The notes beneath the pieces are model-generated. The model was not told where the DNA came from and did no database searches. It worked only from the letters and a program-made list of their open reading frames with translations. Shown here piece by piece: positions 61,890 to 64,000 of a stretch of 64,000 nucleotides of DNA; the stretch's first letter is position 1, and the number at the start of each line of letters is the position of its first letter. The position numbers and the translations under genes were made by a program. The stretch comes from Perkinsus chesapeaki ATCC PRA-425 (taxonomy: Eukaryota; Protista; Perkinsozoa): contig JAAPAO010000058.1 in the NCBI GenBank assembly GCA_013115145.1, positions 34,994 through 98,993 of the forward strand, written 5' to 3'.

Positions 61890-63005
61890 ATGTTCATTGC
61901 AACTTGGCGCCGCCCTTTGTTATGGCTGGTCTTGCTCTGGTTGCTGCAGGCCGGTGCGGGCCAGGTTCTGAGGATTGATATTATCCATGGACATATGCCT
62001 GATTATGGCTTTGGAATATTTTGCGAGGTTGGTTCCGGCCCGAACCAGCTCTGGGCTCTCATCGATACTGGCTCATCGGACTTTTTCCTTGTCTGGAAAG
62101 AATGGTATGAAAGCAAAGTTGGTGTTGGATCATGCGCTAACCTCGCTGCTGGGTGCTACACTTGTCCATCTCATTGTGTGCCTGGTGAGAAGTTTCACGT
62201 AACATTTGGAGACGGTCTGGAAGTGGATATATTCGGATATCTGGACACTGTCAGAATTGGCTCGACCGAGGTCCCCGACGTACTTTTCGGTTTGATATGT
62301 AACCAGGACCCGTCTCCCACGGAGGAGAAGCCCATAAGCTCACTTGGTCTTTCACCTTTCGTCGAAGAGGAATGTTTTAATTCTCTGTTGGAGCAGTTGG
62401 TGGATGCCAAAAGGATAGAGTCGCTGACCTTTGCGATCTATCTTCAGCTAGCTGATAATCCCAAGGGTGAGCTACTTCTCGGTGGAGGTGACCCGACCAT
62501 CTATAAGCATCCACTACAATATGTGGAGCTCGACAGTCGTGATGAGTATATGATCACTTTGAATAGCCTACAAGTTGGTGATGGTTATTTGACCATCGGC
62601 ATTAATCAACAAATTATTCTCGACACTGGTTCAAATCGCCTTCATGTCCCACAGCTTTACTTTCATGATTTGTCGAGTAAAATTATGAACGATGCTTCAA
62701 AGTCTTCTAGAACCGAGATTCCCTTCACTTGGAATGAAGGGGTTAAAGTCTGGAGTTTCCCCTGCGCTTACGGTTCCTATCTACCATCCCTTAGATTGGG
62801 ACTTGGGCATACAGGCGATGCCGTTTTAATCCTTACTCATGCGAACTATGTTCGTGCAATCGACGATGATTGTTTCCTTATTCTTCAAAGAACAGCAGAA
62901 ACAGAGTGGCTGCTCCCGGGCGATGGCTTCATCGGTAAGTATTTTGAGTTCCAACCAGAACGAAGCAGAGTGGGCTTTGCTGACTTGGCTACCGGCAGTA
63001 CATGA
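61890..63005 (+). CDS. Pepsin-like (A1) aspartic protease, secreted, intronless, copy 2
   Basis: Signal peptide; ALIDTGS and IILDTGS; FEFQPERSRVGFA; collinear with copy 1. Confidence 0.93.
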   Translation: MFIATWRRPLLWLVLLWLLQAGAGQVLRIDIIHGHMPDYGFGIFCEVGSGPNQLWALIDTGSSDFFLVWKEWYESKVGVGSCANLAAGCYTCPSHCVPGEKFHVTFGDGLEVDIFGYLDTVRIGSTEVPDVLFGLICNQDPSPTEEKPISSLGLSPFVEEECFNSLLEQLVDAKRIESLTFAIYLQLADNPKGELLLGGGDPTIYKHPLQYVELDSRDEYMITLNSLQVGDGYLTIGINQQIILDTGSNRLHVPQLYFHDLSSKIMNDASKSSRTEIPFTWNEGVKVWSFPCAYGSYLPSLRLGLGHTGDAVLILTHANYVRAIDDDCFLILQRTAETEWLLPGDGFIGKYFEFQPERSRVGFADLATGST

Positions 63006-63367
63006 TAATCGATTCTAGAGCGCTATTGCACAAATCCTCTGATCACGGCATCGGTTCTGATCACCCTCTTCTCACGTAGGAATGTGGTTGATCAGTTTTT
63101 CAAGTATTCCTCCTAGAGGACTACTCTGGGCGTTATGAGGCTTTTTGTTGTCTTCTGGTGTTGTTGTCTGCTTGACTAGCCCGGTATCCACTGGGGTGGC
63201 ACAAGACAGATACTACAGATCACATGGGAAACCTTCAGCCCGCACGCCGGAGTGCGGAGATAGATATACACAGTCGGACATGTGAACTCCCGAGAGGAGA
63301 GTATAGGGATACGAGATGAGACGGGTGTGGAGACAGTATTTGTGTCCTATTGAGGACAACAGTATTG

Positions 63368-63483
63368 TGTAATACTTACTTATAGATTACGCTACGCTAA
63401 GTAATCGATTATCTAATCCTACAAGAGACAATCTTAAGTTATACTTTTCCAGTTATTCTTATACGAGTTTGCGTACTATTACA
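63368..63483 (+). mobile_element. Candidate 5' LTR (or its 3' part) of an LTR retrotransposon
   Basis: AT-rich segment bounded by TGTAATA...TATTACA (7-bp inverted ends, TG..CA) and followed directly by a PBS and gag. Confidence 0.6.
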
Positions 63484-63484
63484 G

Positions 63485-63493
63485 TGGTAGCAG
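63485..63493 (+). mobile_element. Primer binding site (initiator tRNA-Met-like)
   Basis: TGGTAGCAG one base after the CA end; complementary to the ..CUGCUACCA 3' end typical of eukaryotic tRNAi-Met. Confidence 0.65.
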
Positions 63494-63502
63494 CTCCTGA
63501 TA

Positions 63503-64000
63503 ATGTCATCATCTATGCAACCTTCTCGTGGTATTCTACATCCTCCGATGTATACGTACTCTGAAGATTTTGAGTCCTGGGCTGAACGTTATCAATTGAC
63601 TATGAAGGCCAATGGTTATGACGATACTCGTGGTTTGTCTATTTTACCTTTGTATCTGGATCAAACAACTTACGCTCTCTATAAGGAGGTATCTGAGTCG
63701 TCATTGGGTACACTAAGTAATGCTCTAACAGCATTAAAAGAAGCCTTAAAACCTCGTACAGCAGTTACTTGGCTGGACTTTACTCAACAACGGCTCAAAA
63801 CGGGAGAGCATCCTATCGACTTCGCTACTCGACTACGTCATATGGTTGATAACCTGCTCCCAGGCCTGAGTCATGATAAGCGAGATGAATTATGTACTCA
63901 TCAGTTTCTCGCAGGTATTCCAGCAGAATACGCGAGAAGCCTTTGCTCGAATACGAAGACGCCTACTTTATTTGAAGCTGCTCAACGAGTTCAACAATTA
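63503..64000 (+). mobile_element. gag: Ty3/Gypsy-type gag ORF, open to the window edge
   Basis: Uninterrupted frame MSSSMQPSRG..DFESWAERYQLTM..LPLYLD..FTQQRLKTGEHPIDFATRLRHMV..LLPGL..RDELCTHQFLAGIP, with a major-homology-region-like segment. Absent from the ORF track because it has no stop in the window. Confidence 0.85.

Overview
Eukaryotic, gene-dense genomic DNA with many short GT-AG introns and intergenic gaps often of 100-200 bp. Gene content and architecture suggest an alveolate, most likely Perkinsus (inference; no database search was possible). From left to right the window holds: tandem pairs of EamA/DMT transporters, bacterial-type NhaA antiporters and PP2C phosphatases, with a transcription-type cyclin between the last two pairs; a minimal ATP-dependent DNA ligase with a presequence-like N-terminus; ferroportin; URB1/Npa1; an EST1-TPR + Regnase-type NYN nuclease (Smg6L-like); a large KH-RRM-KH protein carrying a tandemly duplicated unrecognised ~330-aa domain and an RS/RGG tail; an NCKX exchanger; a J-domain protein; a NEK kinase with EF-hands; GCN5; a two-RRM protein whose intron holds a 27-bp minisatellite containing a telomere-repeat motif and spanning an assembly gap; two intronless pepsin-like proteases; and the 5' end of a Ty3/Gypsy-type LTR retrotransposon. 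Exon joins were made by eye, so gene boundaries are approximate.
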